A DNA stretch of 61,814 nucleotides, filler included, from Sphingomonadaceae bacterium (GTDB taxonomy: Bacteria; Chloroflexota; UBA6077), in the NCBI GenBank assembly GCA_050261575.1. It is 4 parts of 4 records of this genome, joined end to end, with 100 filler letters (N's around TTAATTAATTAA, not from the genome) between each part and the next. Parts side by side here need not be neighbours in the genome. Positions count along the whole stretch, not along the records: positions 56,289 to 61,814 come from JBLNDL010000102.1; 3 more parts are not named here. One strand, 5' to 3'. Both the position numbers and the translations under genes were made by a program. Below are positions 59,872 through 61,814 of this stretch, one piece after another (within the stretch, counting starts at the first letter, position 1; the number at the start of each line of letters is the position of its first letter). The notes below the pieces were generated by a model that worked only from the letters and a program-made list of their open reading frames with translations, was not told where the DNA came from and ran no database searches.

Positions 59872-60785
59872 CACTTCATCCGAGGGTCTAGCGCGTCCCT
59901 CAACCCGTCGCCCAGGAAGGTGAACGCTAGAAGGGTGACCGCGATGGCAACGGCAGGGAACAGCACCAGGTGCGGGTAGGCGAAGATGGCCTGGTAGCCG
60001 TCCTGGATCATCGAGCCCCAGCTTGGGTTGGGGGGAGTGATTCCCAGGCCCAGGAAGCTGAGAGTGGCCTCGGTGAAGATGGCGTGCGGGATGCCGAAGG
60101 TCACGGAAACGATGATGGGGCCGAGGGCGTTGGGGATCAAGTGATTCCAGATGATGTCGTGGTTGCGCGCCCCCAAGGCACGTGCGGCCTCGACGAAGTC
60201 TCTCTCCTTGAGGGAGAGGATCTGGCCACGGGTGAGGCGTGCCAGGTTGACCCAGTTCACGACCCCGATGGCGAAGAAGATGATCAGCAGCCCGCCACCG
60301 ATGCTTCGGAGTGGGTGCTCGCGCAGGGCCGTGGACAGGAGGATGATCAGCAGAAGATCCGGGAAGGCGTAAACGATGTCGGTGAAGCGCATCAGGAGAT
60401 TGTCGATCTTGCCCCCAGCGAGCGCGGCGATGGCGCCGATAGGGACGCCGATGGCGACGATGACCAGTTGGGAGAAGATGCCAGCGGCTACGGCCACCCT
60501 CGCGCCGTGAATGAGTCGGGAGAGCTGGTCGCGGCCGAGGTTGTCGGTGCCCAGGATGTACTTCCCACCGGGAGGCTGGAAGATCGCGGCGTAGTCCTGC
60601 TTCGTGGGACTGTACGGGGCGATGAGGTCGGCGAATAGGGCTATCAGCAGGAGGGCGATGACGACGATACCTCCCAGCACGGCCATCCGGTTGCTGATCA
60701 AGCGCTGCCAGGCATCTCCCCACAGGCTCGCCTGTCTTCGCGGTAGCGCGGGGGTCTCCAACGATCGAGCGGCTGCGATCGACAC
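59871..60785 (-). CDS. oppC: Oligopeptide ABC permease OppC
   Basis: LGTD.LGRD, FVEAARALGA, EA.LSFLGLG and GDGLRDALDP motifs. Confidence 0.92.
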   Translation of the reverse strand: MSIAAARSLETPALPRRQASLWGDAWQRLISNRMAVLGGIVVIALLLIALFADLIAPYSPTKQDYAAIFQPPGGKYILGTDNLGRDQLSRLIHGARVAVAAGIFSQLVIVAIGVPIGAIAALAGGKIDNLLMRFTDIVYAFPDLLLIILLSTALREHPLRSIGGGLLIIFFAIGVVNWVNLARLTRGQILSLKERDFVEAARALGARNHDIIWNHLIPNALGPIIVSVTFGIPHAIFTEATLSFLGLGITPPNPSWGSMIQDGYQAIFAYPHLVLFPAVAIAVTLLAFTFLGDGLRDALDPRMK

Positions 60786-60796
60786 GATAGGCTCCT

Positions 60797-61714
60797 CTAT
60801 TGGTACCGAATGCGCGGGTCGACGAAAGCGTACAGAATGTCCACCGCCAGGTTGGCCAGGGCGATCACTACCGCGTAGAAGAGAGTGGTCCCCATCAGGA
60901 GACCGTAGTCCCGCGCGAAGATTCCCTGTATGTAGAACTTGCCGATGCCGGGCACGGCGAAGATGCTCTCGATGATGAAGGATCCAGTAACCAGGACAGC
61001 CGCAGCGGGGCCGAGGACGGTGATCACCGGAATCAGGGCATTCTTGAAGATGTGACGCCACAGGATGACGTTCTCCACGAGCCCCTTTGCTCGTGCGGTG
61101 CGGACGAAATCCTGCCTGATCGCCTCGATCATGCTGGCACGGGTCATTCGGGCTAAGAGCGCCGCGGGATAGAGGCCGAGGGCGAGTGCGGGCATGATCA
61201 CCTTCTGCCAGGTCCCCCAGCCGCCGGTGGGCAGCAGGTGCAGGGTGACGGATAAGAGGATAATCAGCACGATGCCCGTGACGAAGTTGGGGACGCTGGC
61301 TCCTACGGTAGCGAAGAAGAGGCAGACGTAGTCCACCCAGGAGTTCTGCCGTATGGCCGCCAGCACTCCCAGGGGGATGCCGATGGCCATCGCTACGAAC
61401 AGTGCCGAGGCAGCCAGGGCCGCCGTGACGGGCAGGCCTTCCCTAATCACGTCGGTCACTTTGCGGTCCTGGTAGATGAACGAGACCCCGAGGTCGCCTT
61501 GCACGGCGTTAGCCAGGAAGGTGACGTACTGCTCGTGCAGCGGCTTGTCCAATCCGTACCTGCGATTGAGGTTCTCCACCACCTGGGGAGCCAGCTTCTT
61601 GTCCCGGTCCCATGGTCCGCCGGGCACGGAGTGCATCAGGACGAAGGTAATGAGGGAAATGAAGAAAAGCACAGGGATTATCCAGAGAACCCGCCGCAGG
61701 AGATAACGTTGCAT
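60797..61714 (-). CDS. oppB: Oligopeptide ABC permease OppB
   Basis: YGLDKPL, GDLG.S, RTARAKGL, IE.IF..PGIG and DPRIR motifs. Confidence 0.93.
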   Translation of the reverse strand: MQRYLLRRVLWIIPVLFFISLITFVLMHSVPGGPWDRDKKLAPQVVENLNRRYGLDKPLHEQYVTFLANAVQGDLGVSFIYQDRKVTDVIREGLPVTAALAASALFVAMAIGIPLGVLAAIRQNSWVDYVCLFFATVGASVPNFVTGIVLIILLSVTLHLLPTGGWGTWQKVIMPALALGLYPAALLARMTRASMIEAIRQDFVRTARAKGLVENVILWRHIFKNALIPVITVLGPAAAVLVTGSFIIESIFAVPGIGKFYIQGIFARDYGLLMGTTLFYAVVIALANLAVDILYAFVDPRIRYQ

Positions 61715-61814
61715 AGCGACCCACCGGGTGAACGTAGTGCGGGGCGCCCCGCCCCGGCGCGGGCCCCCCCACAATAAACACAAAAAACAAAAAAAATTAT
61801 ACACCACAACAAGG

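Noticed and set aside
61740..61814. A/C-rich and homopolymeric tail (also 56100-56188 and 56289-56380)
   Set aside because: Low-complexity sequence at contig or window ends, likely poor-quality base calls.

Overview
High-GC bacterial sequence, probably an anaerobic Chloroflexota genome bin (inferred from gene order and protein style). It consists of four contigs joined by 100-nt N/TTAATTAATTAA linkers at 12680-12779, 35520-35619 and 56189-56288, so adjacency across these gaps is not real. Most content is housekeeping: trmD-glyQS-ppdK-dgt-dnaG-rpoD; moaDE/NUDIX/moaA; tmk-darA-DUF554-pyrG-tal-glpX-rho; a multi-GAF histidine kinase; a psp locus; ttuB/ttuA; an aldehyde:ferredoxin oxidoreductase (AOR); iclR-panB; citE-like and hydantoinase-like genes; scpA; thpR; oppBC. 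The ORF track misses several signals. (1) Two probable selenoproteins, each with an in-frame UGA and a hairpin 10-11 nt downstream: a YuzD/DUF1462-like protein with an unusual C-x-x-x-U motif (36704-37057) and a SelW/Rdx-family CxxU protein upstream of AOR (48953-49210). (2) A CsoR/CstR-type operator between overlapping divergent promoters that links the first selenoprotein to a ferredoxin-trxB-osmC arm. (3) A dispersed 68-70-bp hairpin element in seven copies, with TA flanks and compensatory stem changes; two copies supply the last codons and stop of the adjacent gene. (4) A psp operon with two pspA paralogs and an HTH gene whose promoter carries a perfect 11-bp inverted repeat. I recognised no rRNA, tRNA, CRISPR array or transposase.
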